From assembly GCA_039680575.1 (NCBI GenBank), contig JBDKSP010000084.1, forward strand, positions 1 through 24,561: a stretch of 24,561 nucleotides of DNA, read 5' to 3'. The notes beneath the pieces were generated by a model. That model saw only the letters and a list, made by a program, of their open reading frames with translations. It ran no database searches and was not told the origin of the DNA. Origin of the DNA: Armatimonadota bacterium (GTDB taxonomy: Bacteria; Armatimonadota; UBA5829; DTLH01). This document shows positions 1 to 7,411 of this stretch, piece after piece. A program made the position numbers and the translations under genes. Positions within the stretch are counted from its first letter, which is position 1, and each line of letters opens with the position of its first letter.

Positions 1-152
1 AATGGGTCTTTACGATTACGGGACATTCCTCGATTACTCTCCATCCAACAGATGCTATCGCACCTGATAATACAATACACTGGAGATTACGAGCTTATGG
101 CTCCAAACGTTACAACTGACCCACTAGGTTTTGGGGAATAGGGAGCAGAAAA

Positions 153-181
153 GCTATCAGCATTCAGCCGTCAGCTATCAG
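153..181. repeat. Heptamer tandem repeat (4 units)
   Basis: GCTATCA-GCATTCA-GCCGTCA-GCTATCA-G, with an exact 7-bp period and consensus GCnnTCA. Confidence 0.75.
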
Positions 182-186
182 TAAAG

Positions 187-249
187 ACATCGCTCTGAAC
201 GACAAATACATCTCCCTGAACAACAAGGACATCATCCCGAACAACCACC
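187..249 (+). repeat. 21-bp-period tandem copies of the REP left arm
   Basis: Units ACATCGCTCTGAACGACAAAT, ACATCTCCCTGAACAACAAGG and ACATCATCCCGAACAACCACC run in phase into ACGTCACCC..TGAAC at 250. Confidence 0.75.
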
Positions 250-250
250 A

Positions 251-319
251 CGTCACCCTTGCTGAACTTGATTCAGGGTCCATTTTCTTCCTGGATTCCG
301 AGTCAAGCTCGGAATGACG
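251..319 (+). repeat. CGTC-tagged REP-like palindromic doublet, copy 1 (no loop insert)
   Basis: CGTCACCC(ttgc)TGAACTTGATTCAGGGTCC...GGATTCCGAGTCAAGCTCGGAATGACG. It starts with CGTC, ends with GACG and has two hairpins. Homologous copies lie at 11493 and 24437. Confidence 0.85.
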
Positions 320-404
320 TTGTGATCGCTAGTTGCTTCGGACTGCTTGCCGCCGAAGCCGACACCGCAGGTGTCGAATCTGTATCTGCTACCTACCGCC
401 GGTT

Positions 405-1226
405 TTATTGTTCCTCCGGGTTCTCCTTTTCCATCCGGTCCTTGTACAACCTGATAATCCGGTAGTAGAGTGGGGGAGTGAGGAGTTTTATGATAAGGCT
501 TGGGAGCGAAAACCAGCCGAGCATGATCAGTGGTTTCGGCTTGAGTGAGGCTTTCACCAGCCTGTCCGCGACCCATTCCGAGGATGCTTTCATTTTTCCG
601 CCTGCGTCGACCCACTGCTGGTATTTCCCGAACCGCTTGGTCGATTTTCCGAACTCCGATGTGGTCATAGCCGGACAGAATGCCACTATTTTGATAGGGG
701 TGCCGAAGTATTCCGCGTTTGCCGACTCCGAAAGAGCTGTCAGCGCGGCTTTTGTGGCGTTATAGACCGACATGTAGGGGGTTGTGAGTATTCCTCCGAC
801 CGAGGAGACGTTCAACACGACTCCCCATCCCTGCCGCTCCATTGTTTTGAGCCCTGCCTGCATCACTGCGGCAACTCCAAGGACGTTCAGGTCGAAAAGA
901 TACTTTATATCCTCAATAGGAGTCTCGATAAATGATCCGAGAATCCCTGCTCCGGCATTGTTTACGATTACGTCGATCTGCCCGAAGTGCTCGATGGATG
1001 CGTCGATAAGCCGTTGAACCTGCCGTAGATCGGTAACATCGGTCGGAACGACAAGCGCTTTGACTCCAAGGTCCTCGACCTCGGCCTTAGCCTCTTCCAG
1101 CATCTCGACCCGGCGCGCCGCAAGCACGATATTCGATCCTCGCCTGGCAAACGCAAGCGCCGCTGCATGCCCGATCCCGCTCGATGCTCCGGTTATTACC
1201 ACTGTTTTGTTTCTAAGGCTTCTCAT
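405..1226 (-). CDS. Short-chain dehydrogenase/reductase (classical SDR)
   Basis: TGASSGIG Rossmann motif, NNAG and catalytic YNATK; 273 aa. Confidence 0.95.
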   Translation of the reverse strand: MRSLRNKTVVITGASSGIGHAAALAFARRGSNIVLAARRVEMLEEAKAEVEDLGVKALVVPTDVTDLRQVQRLIDASIEHFGQIDVIVNNAGAGILGSFIETPIEDIKYLFDLNVLGVAAVMQAGLKTMERQGWGVVLNVSSVGGILTTPYMSVYNATKAALTALSESANAEYFGTPIKIVAFCPAMTTSEFGKSTKRFGKYQQWVDAGGKMKASSEWVADRLVKASLKPKPLIMLGWFSLPSLIIKLLTPPLYYRIIRLYKDRMEKENPEEQ

Positions 1227-1232
1227 GTGAAG

Positions 1233-1241
1233 ATGATACCA
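1233..1241 (-). promoter_or_regulatory. Extended -10 promoter, probably leaderless
   Basis: TGGTATCAT, then 6 nt (CTTCAC), then the ATG at 1226; no Shine-Dalgarno. Confidence 0.5.
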
Positions 1242-1358
1242 TAGGGATAATGGGATAGCTATCCGTAGTGTACGTTATTTATGCATTCTCCAAAAGATGC
1301 ACTCTTTCGACACTATGTCATCGCATTTGACGGGTAAAACAAAACGGAGGATATAGTT

Positions 1359-1832
1359 ATGGAAAAAGTCAATGAACGTCAGATGCTGCCGAGTTTCCGG
1401 CTTGAATCGATAGATGGGCGGATGATAGGTCCATCGGATTACAGGGGCAAGAAGAACCTGGTACTAGTCTTCTTCGATGTTAACTGCATTTCATGCAGGA
1501 ATATGCCGGTTGATTTCGCTGCAAGGTATTCCGACTATCAGGATGCCGAAACCGAAATCCTGGCAGTCGGAATAGGTCCGAAGGATGCGGTCAGCGATGC
1601 GGCTCATGGCAAGAATCTGCCGTTCCCGGTGCTGGTGGACACGAATGGTGATGTGCTTAGGCAATACGCCGACGAGTCTCCTGCTATCTTTGCGGCAGAC
1701 CGGTACGGGGAGATAAGGGTTGCGCACTCAGGTGACGATGTGGATTCGTCTGACCAGGATTTCGTTCTTGACCGGATGAATCTGGCCGAACTTGAGTGCC
1801 CGGAGTGCGGCGTACCTACGTGGACACCGTAG
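1359..1832 (+). CDS. Redoxin / AhpC-TSA (peroxiredoxin-like) domain protein with C-terminal CxxC
   Basis: LPSFRLES..DYRGKKNLVLVFF..CISC..LPFPVLVD thioredoxin-fold pattern; C-terminal ECPECG; GGAGG RBS. Confidence 0.8.
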   Translation: MEKVNERQMLPSFRLESIDGRMIGPSDYRGKKNLVLVFFDVNCISCRNMPVDFAARYSDYQDAETEILAVGIGPKDAVSDAAHGKNLPFPVLVDTNGDVLRQYADESPAIFAADRYGEIRVAHSGDDVDSSDQDFVLDRMNLAELECPECGVPTWTP

Positions 1833-1857
1833 TGGAAGGATAGCCAATAGCTTTTTT

Positions 1858-1979
1858 ATCACGAAAACGCGAAAGGATAGAAAAAAGAAAGGGGTAATGT
1901 GTAGTAAGCCATGGGATAGGTATTACCATTCCCCTTTTATTCTTTATTTCGTGTTTTTTCTTTTTCGTGCTTTCGTGAT
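1858..1979. repeat. ATCACGAAA-type inverted repeat element between convergent genes
   Basis: Left arm ATCACGAAAACGCGAAA (1858-1874) and right arm TTTCGTGCTTTCGTGAT (1963-1979) are 15/17 complementary. A further right arm is at 11624-11640. Confidence 0.75.
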
Positions 1980-1989
1980 TAGAAGTTAT

Positions 1990-3024
1990 CTACATCCAGT
2001 TATTATCGTCTGCGATTCGGGCTTCTATGTCGATTCCATAGAACTCGGCTATCGGCGCGAGAATTTCGGGGTTGTTGACCCATACAGTCTTTACAGCCTG
2101 TCGGACGATTTCTACACCCGGCCTGGTCATCTTTCCAAGCGGCCTTCGGCACGCGCCGGAGGGCATGCCTAGTGCAGACATCAGATTCTTTATGGCGACC
2201 GGGTTGCGGTACTTATCGGCAACCTTAACATTCCGGCCGTCCGGCAGTATCCGCTCATTTTCGACCTTGACAGTGACTATTTTAAATAACGGAGCAAGGG
2301 CATTCTGCAGCTTTTCCGCTTTTTGAAGGTCGCCGGATTTGACTGCGGATACCATCTCCTGTACCGGTCTAGGAACCACATTGGAAGCGACTGAGATCAC
2401 CCCGTCTGCGGCTATCGCCTGGTCGGCCATCATCCTGTAAGTCAGGTCGTCATCTCCTGAGATAATGCTGAAATCGCTGCCGCAAATCTCCCGCGTGTAA
2501 GCCATCCGCGCTAGATCGCCAGTAGCCTCTTTTACAGCGGAAATGTTCGGATGTTTCGCGTGGAGTATCGCCAGGTCTTCGACAGAAAGAGCCGTGCCAG
2601 TCCGCCCGGGGATGATGTAGGGGACGATAGTAAGTTCAGGATATCTTTTGGCAATTACAGCATAGTATTCGTCCCTGAGTTCCTGCGAAGACGGCCCGTT
2701 ATAATAGCAATCGACCACAAGCGCCGCGTCAATGCCTGCCTGGGCGGCATGTTCCGTGTTTGCGATGCACTTTTCAGTCGAGTTGCTGCCGGTGCCTGCG
2801 ATTACTTTGCATCTGCCGTCGGCTGCCGCTATCGCGCGCTCGATAATCTCTTTTCGCTCATCCTGGCTGATTGTCGGAGATTCTCCCGTAGTCCCGACAG
2901 GAACCACTCCGGCAATACTCTGAGATACCTGGAATTCGATGTTTTTTACCAGTCCGTTGTAATCAACGCTCCCATCAGGAAATAAAGGGGTAATAATTGC
3001 GGTATAGGCGCCTTCAAGCTTCAT
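1990..3024 (-). CDS. dapA: 4-hydroxy-tetrahydrodipicolinate synthase (long variant)
   Basis: GTTGES, AGTGSNST, YIIPGRTG, Schiff-base Lys in VKEATG, SGDD and GVISVASN; GGAG RBS. Confidence 0.88.
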   Translation of the reverse strand: MKLEGAYTAIITPLFPDGSVDYNGLVKNIEFQVSQSIAGVVPVGTTGESPTISQDERKEIIERAIAAADGRCKVIAGTGSNSTEKCIANTEHAAQAGIDAALVVDCYYNGPSSQELRDEYYAVIAKRYPELTIVPYIIPGRTGTALSVEDLAILHAKHPNISAVKEATGDLARMAYTREICGSDFSIISGDDDLTYRMMADQAIAADGVISVASNVVPRPVQEMVSAVKSGDLQKAEKLQNALAPLFKIVTVKVENERILPDGRNVKVADKYRNPVAIKNLMSALGMPSGACRRPLGKMTRPGVEIVRQAVKTVWVNNPEILAPIAEFYGIDIEARIADDNNWM

Positions 3025-3057
3025 TATCAGTCTCCGGTTACTTTATGCTTGATGCTT

Positions 3058-3086
3058 ATTCTACGAGATATCGAGCTTCTTTGCAA
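3058..3086 (-). promoter_or_regulatory. sigma70-type promoter of dapA
   Basis: TTGCAA-N17-TAGAAT immediately after the GH38 stop codon. Confidence 0.55.
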
Positions 3087-3089
3087 TTG

Positions 3090-5720
3090 TTATTCCACCT
3101 TCACCGTCACAATCTCCTTTGGTTTCACAGACACCTGCATCTTGCCATCAACTGCCTTCATCGGTTCCAGTGGTTCCTCGTTCAGGTTGGTTTTTTCGGC
3201 TTTCGAGGCTCCGGCTGCCTTTATACCGAGTGAAATCAGCTTTTTGGCGATGTTGAAGCCTCGGAGGACGATTGCTTCTTCGCGTTCAGCTTTTTTGAGC
3301 GCAGTCAGGACGAATGCCGGGTCGCTTACTTTCATAAACGATGCCTGCATAGGGAGTTCCCCTTCATGAACGTCGGTCTGGCCGGTTATCATCGGCACGT
3401 TGAAGTTGTGCGCCTGAATGTAGCTTCCGGCTTCCTCCCAGTCGCCCGCGTGCGGGTAAAGCGCATATTCAAAAGTATACTCTCCGATCATCTGCCCTTC
3501 CTGCTGGTGCTCCGGCGCGCGGACTCCGTTTCCGAAAGCCCGCATGAGCGTAAGAGCGATTGTCCTCGCCTCATCGTCCCTTACTTCATACTCCTGAAGC
3601 GCCTTGTTGATGAGGGTGAGCCCGATTCCGCCGCCGCTTATGTCGACAAACGACTTCTGCGGGTGTACTGCAGGCATCGGCTCCTTCCAGTCTGGGCATG
3701 GCTGGACTGCGATCTTCCGCTCGACCACATCGAATGGCTGCTCTGCGTGCGAGACATCTGCGGGGATTCCGCTCGGGAATAAAACGCGCAGACGGTGGTC
3801 TTTTGCATAGTTCACGAAGGCTGTTTTGATGTCCAGCCGCTTCGAGCCAGCCGCAATGGTGAGATATGTCTTGATGCGGCAGATAACAGTCTCTTCCGAA
3901 CGCTCGAGGCCGTTTGCATGACGCTCTTTTGGGAGTTCCAGGTCGCTTATGATCTCGAATACCACCCGGACGGCGTTGTCTTCGGCAACAGATACGCGGG
4001 TTTTTGCCCCAAGGCTGGTGACAGCTTTGTCCTTAAACGGCTTCACATAGTTCCATCCGTCGCCGAAGTCTCCGCAGTCCTCGAAAATGAGGCAGTTCGT
4101 GAAGACCGAATCTGTCTCCTTGTCGAGAAGCGAGAATGTGCCGTCGCTTGAGACCGTGAGGGACAGATACTCGTTTTCCGCCGTATCCGGTCCGAGAAGC
4201 ATCGACCGGGGCTGGCGGTTAGGTGTGTCCAGAACCTCGATTCGATATGCCTTGTATCCGACTCCCGGCACGTTTTCCACAGGGAAGGCGATTTTGACCT
4301 TCTTGAGACTCGGCGCACACGGAATGTCATAAGGCTCAGGATCCATCGGTTGATAGATGCGCATCCCAAGGAGCGCATGCGGCATTTCTTTACCTTCCGG
4401 ATCGGTCACTTTGACTCCCGGGACCCGCCAATGGGCAGGTGCATCGAACTCCGTCTCGATGACCTCGTTTCTATTGTGCGAAAGGGTGTTGAAAACGGGC
4501 AATACGGCAGTCTTTTCCGGGTTATCGGCGGTGCTTCCAACACGGCCGGAGAGGTCTTTCAGGGCATTTTCAAGGAGTTTCGAGCTGATCTCCCGGCACT
4601 GGTCGTAGCGGTAGCCCATGTCTCTGTGAACCTGGTCGATGCTGCAGCCGCAGATGGAGTCGTGCGGGCTGTTTTTCAACAGATATTTCCATGCCAGGTC
4701 GATATACGCCTTGGGATAACGGCTGCCGAGCGTCCACGCCCAAGTCGCAAGCGGTTCGATGTATTTTTCGAGCGTCGTCTCGCACGAGTGGTTCATCTGC
4801 TTCAAGTGAATCCGGCTGGAAAGGACGTTTGTGAGCAGCGCCTGCAGTTTCCACTTGCGGTTCGACCACCTGAGCTCCCCGACGATGGTTTCGAGCTTCG
4901 GGTTTTCGCTTCGGACGGCTGCCACAAACGCGGGCAGTGTGCTGTGCTTGACCTCGATGTTAGCTATCCGCTCGTTTGCGGTCTTGATGATCTCCGGCGT
5001 CTTGAACTGCGGGAAAACGTGGTCGCAGCCGTCCATAAAGAGAAGCTGCGAAGTAGTCGGTCTCTCTTCGATGCAGTCCGATATGAGCGTCTGCACTCCC
5101 TTAGTCGCCTCGTCATGGTCAACCGGCTTTTCAGGGTATCTCAACTGCTCCTGAAGGCTGTAGAACCAGTTGCTGTAGGCGTTATTATCCGGCATCTTTA
5201 CCGCGAGGACCTCCGAACCGTCCGGCGACTGCCAGAGGAACTCCGAGTTTACCTGATCGGCGGTAATCCCTCGGAACAATACTGCGCTGTCTATCCCGAA
5301 GCCGCGCAGGATCTGAGGGAACTGTGATATATGGCCGAAGCAGTCCGGCACATAGCCGACGGCAAGGTAGTTGCCGAAATCATCGCATAGCTTTCGCCCG
5401 AGCATGAAGTTTCGGACCATGCTCTCTCCGCTTACAAGAAACTCGTCCGGCTGGTTGTACCACGGACCGATCATGATGCGCCCTTCGCGGATAAACTTTC
5501 GGAGCCGTTCCTCGTTTTCGGGACGGATGGCGAGATAATCTTCCAACACTATCGTCTGCCCATCGAAGGTGAAATATCTGAAGTCCGGGTTGGTTTCCAG
5601 AAGCTCGATGAGCGTGTCCGTAAGGTCCACGAGCCTCATCCTGTAGTGCTGGAAAGTCTTATACCATTCCCTGTCCCAGTGCGTGTGCGAAACGACGTGC
5701 GCGGTGTATTTATCGGCCAT
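3090..5720 (-). CDS. Glycoside hydrolase family 38 alpha-mannosidase (MngB/mannosylglycerate hydrolase-like), cytoplasmic
   Basis: HTHWDREW Zn-binding motif, FDGQ, GPWY, nucleophile region YVPDCFGH and PHDSICGCSID; no signal peptide; AAGGAG RBS. Confidence 0.93.
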   Translation of the reverse strand: MADKYTAHVVSHTHWDREWYKTFQHYRMRLVDLTDTLIELLETNPDFRYFTFDGQTIVLEDYLAIRPENEERLRKFIREGRIMIGPWYNQPDEFLVSGESMVRNFMLGRKLCDDFGNYLAVGYVPDCFGHISQFPQILRGFGIDSAVLFRGITADQVNSEFLWQSPDGSEVLAVKMPDNNAYSNWFYSLQEQLRYPEKPVDHDEATKGVQTLISDCIEERPTTSQLLFMDGCDHVFPQFKTPEIIKTANERIANIEVKHSTLPAFVAAVRSENPKLETIVGELRWSNRKWKLQALLTNVLSSRIHLKQMNHSCETTLEKYIEPLATWAWTLGSRYPKAYIDLAWKYLLKNSPHDSICGCSIDQVHRDMGYRYDQCREISSKLLENALKDLSGRVGSTADNPEKTAVLPVFNTLSHNRNEVIETEFDAPAHWRVPGVKVTDPEGKEMPHALLGMRIYQPMDPEPYDIPCAPSLKKVKIAFPVENVPGVGYKAYRIEVLDTPNRQPRSMLLGPDTAENEYLSLTVSSDGTFSLLDKETDSVFTNCLIFEDCGDFGDGWNYVKPFKDKAVTSLGAKTRVSVAEDNAVRVVFEIISDLELPKERHANGLERSEETVICRIKTYLTIAAGSKRLDIKTAFVNYAKDHRLRVLFPSGIPADVSHAEQPFDVVERKIAVQPCPDWKEPMPAVHPQKSFVDISGGGIGLTLINKALQEYEVRDDEARTIALTLMRAFGNGVRAPEHQQEGQMIGEYTFEYALYPHAGDWEEAGSYIQAHNFNVPMITGQTDVHEGELPMQASFMKVSDPAFVLTALKKAEREEAIVLRGFNIAKKLISLGIKAAGASKAEKTNLNEEPLEPMKAVDGKMQVSVKPKEIVTVKVE

Positions 5721-5750
5721 AATTTACTCCTTGCTTGCTAAAACAGGGAT

Positions 5751-5779
5751 ATGGTAGCGGAGAGGGGGAGAAATGGCAA
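5751..5779 (-). promoter_or_regulatory. sigma70-type promoter of the GH38 gene
   Basis: TTGCCA-N17-TACCAT about 30 nt before the ATG. Confidence 0.5.
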
Positions 5780-5925
5780 GACAAAACCGCAAGTGAGCAT
5801 TCCATGAGTTGGGTCGAATATTTGACACGGATTTCTTTGGAGTGCATCCCTGCTATTCGATTGTTTAAATCCAGGATGTGAATATTTACATATAAGTGGT
5901 ATAGTGGTATACAAGTAAGTCTGCC

Positions 5926-5934
5926 TGGTATAAT
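5926..5934 (+). promoter_or_regulatory. Extended -10 promoter of the GNAT gene
   Basis: TGGTATAAT about 50 nt before the start codon. Confidence 0.55.
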
Positions 5935-5983
5935 AGTGTTCTATGATGACATATTTCAATTATCATACTATGTGAGGTGTATC

Positions 5984-6421
5984 ATGGAAGTGAAAATTAG
6001 AGACATAGACAGAAGTACATGGAATAAATGCTGTAATCTGAAAGTTGCTCCCAATCAACAAGAGTTTGTTGCGTTAAATTCATATTCGTTGGCACAGGCA
6101 GCTTATGAGCCTGACACTTATCCCATGGGAATCTTTTGCGATGATGAGATGGTCGGCTTTTTGATGTGGGGTTTTGATATTGATACAGGCGTATGGGAAA
6201 TGTGCAGGTTAATGATCGACGAAAATCATCAAAGCAAAGGGGTAGGCAAAGCGGCTGTTCAACAATTGATGGATTTGGTGAGGAATAAACTCGGCCATAT
6301 CATGTTTTATACAAGCACCGATCCGAACAACACAGTAGCAATCAGCTTATATGAGAAAATGGGCTTTAGAAAAAACGGACGATTTCTATACGATGAGATA
6401 ATGCTTGAGACGCAATTGTAG
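5984..6421 (+). CDS. GNAT family N-acetyltransferase (spermine/spermidine acetyltransferase-like)
   Basis: LKVAPNQQEFVA..SLAQA, RLMIDENHQSKGVGK (motif A) and N..AISLYEKMGF. I moved the start to ATG 5984, behind a GAGGTG RBS. Confidence 0.88.
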   Translation: MEVKIRDIDRSTWNKCCNLKVAPNQQEFVALNSYSLAQAAYEPDTYPMGIFCDDEMVGFLMWGFDIDTGVWEMCRLMIDENHQSKGVGKAAVQQLMDLVRNKLGHIMFYTSTDPNNTVAISLYEKMGFRKNGRFLYDEIMLETQL

Positions 6422-6435
6422 CGCTGATTTTGAGC

Positions 6436-6482
6436 ATGGGGGAGCATGGGCTTCGGCTTTCTGCTCCCCCATTTTGTTGTTT
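6436..6482 (+). terminator. Intrinsic terminator after the GNAT gene
   Basis: 11-bp stem ATGGGGGAGCA/TGCTCCCCCAT enclosing a C(UUCG)G loop, followed by TTTGTTGTTT. Confidence 0.75.
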
Positions 6483-6585
6483 GGGATATACTTGCCGAAA
6501 TCTGCCGCTCAGTTTTTCACCACTTGTCCCTAAATCCTCTGTAATTGGGTATGACTGATTCAAATATCGTGCTGGAGGTATTGAA

Positions 6586-7344
6586 ATGCCGGGACCAATG
6601 GATGGAAAAGTGGCTATCGTAACGGGAGGAGCCGCTGGGATTGGCAAAGCGACGGCAATCGCGTTTTCCCGCGAAGGCGCGCAGGTTATGATATGCGATG
6701 TCAATGAGGAAATAGGGCTGGCGGCAGCTCGCGAGATCACCGATGCCGGAAGCCAGTGCTACTTTGTCAAAACTGATGTTTCGAAAGCTTCGGACGTGGT
6801 GGACTTGGTCAATCACACCGTGGAAACATTCGGGCGGTTGGACTATGCCTGTAATAACGCCGGTATCGAAGGAGAAAGAGCTTCGACCGCGGAATGTTCC
6901 GAGGAGAACTGGGACCGTATCATCGATATAAACCTCAAGGGCGTCTGGCTGTGTATGAAGTACGAAATCCCTCAAATGTTGAAACAGGGTGGGGCGATAG
7001 TGAATGTCTCTTCGATAGCAGCGCTTGTCGGGTTTAGCGGGCTGCCTGCGTATTGCGCATCCAAAGGCGGGATAAACCAGCTTACCAAGACTGCAGCTCT
7101 TGAGTATGCCCGTCAAGGTATTAGGGTCAATTGTATCTGCCCTGGAGCAATCCGTACAACGATGCTCAGACGATTGGAAGTTACGGATCCTGAGTGGATC
7201 GCGGGTATAATAGCGGCGCACCCGATAGGCAGGCTTGGAACGCCGGAAGAAGTCGGAAACCTTATTGTTTGGTTGTGCTCTGAAAGGTCATCATTTATCA
7301 CCGGCTGCGAGATACCGATAGACGGCGGTTATGTGGCGCAGTAG
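6586..7344 (+). CDS. SDR oxidoreductase (glucose 1-dehydrogenase/FabG-like)
   Basis: TGGAAGIG, NNAG, YCASK, CPG and DGGY; GGAGG RBS. Confidence 0.95.
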   Translation: MPGPMDGKVAIVTGGAAGIGKATAIAFSREGAQVMICDVNEEIGLAAAREITDAGSQCYFVKTDVSKASDVVDLVNHTVETFGRLDYACNNAGIEGERASTAECSEENWDRIIDINLKGVWLCMKYEIPQMLKQGGAIVNVSSIAALVGFSGLPAYCASKGGINQLTKTAALEYARQGIRVNCICPGAIRTTMLRRLEVTDPEWIAGIIAAHPIGRLGTPEEVGNLIVWLCSERSSFITGCEIPIDGGYVAQ

Positions 7345-7376
7345 GAAACCAGGGGATTACTATTTTATTTCGATCA

Positions 7377-7405
7377 TTGACGTCTGCCTGATACGCTTGT
7401 AAAAT
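7377..7405 (+). promoter_or_regulatory. sigma70 promoter of the S41 peptidase, probably leaderless
   Basis: TTGACG-N17-TAAAAT, then 6 nt, then ATG 7412; no RBS. Confidence 0.65.
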
Positions 7406-7411
7406 GCAACT

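Noticed and set aside
1..141. Possible 3' end of a gene entering the window on the + strand
   Set aside because: Two frames are open for 39-46 codons with no recognisable motif, so no frame or product can be chosen.
187..267. CRISPR-like repeat-spacer array
   Set aside because: The period is only 21 bp with 7-nt spacers, the units are degenerate REP arms, and there are no cas genes.
1253..1264. 12-bp palindrome GGATAGCTATCC in the divergent SDR/redoxin gap
   Set aside because: A single short occurrence with no other support.
1332..1337. SigB-like GGGTAA -10 before the redoxin gene (also GGGTAT near 6547 before the second SDR)
   Set aside because: No GTTT -35 at the proper spacing, and the match is too short to support.
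4350..5327. 325-aa + strand ORF
   Set aside because: Antisense shadow of the GH38 gene with no motifs.
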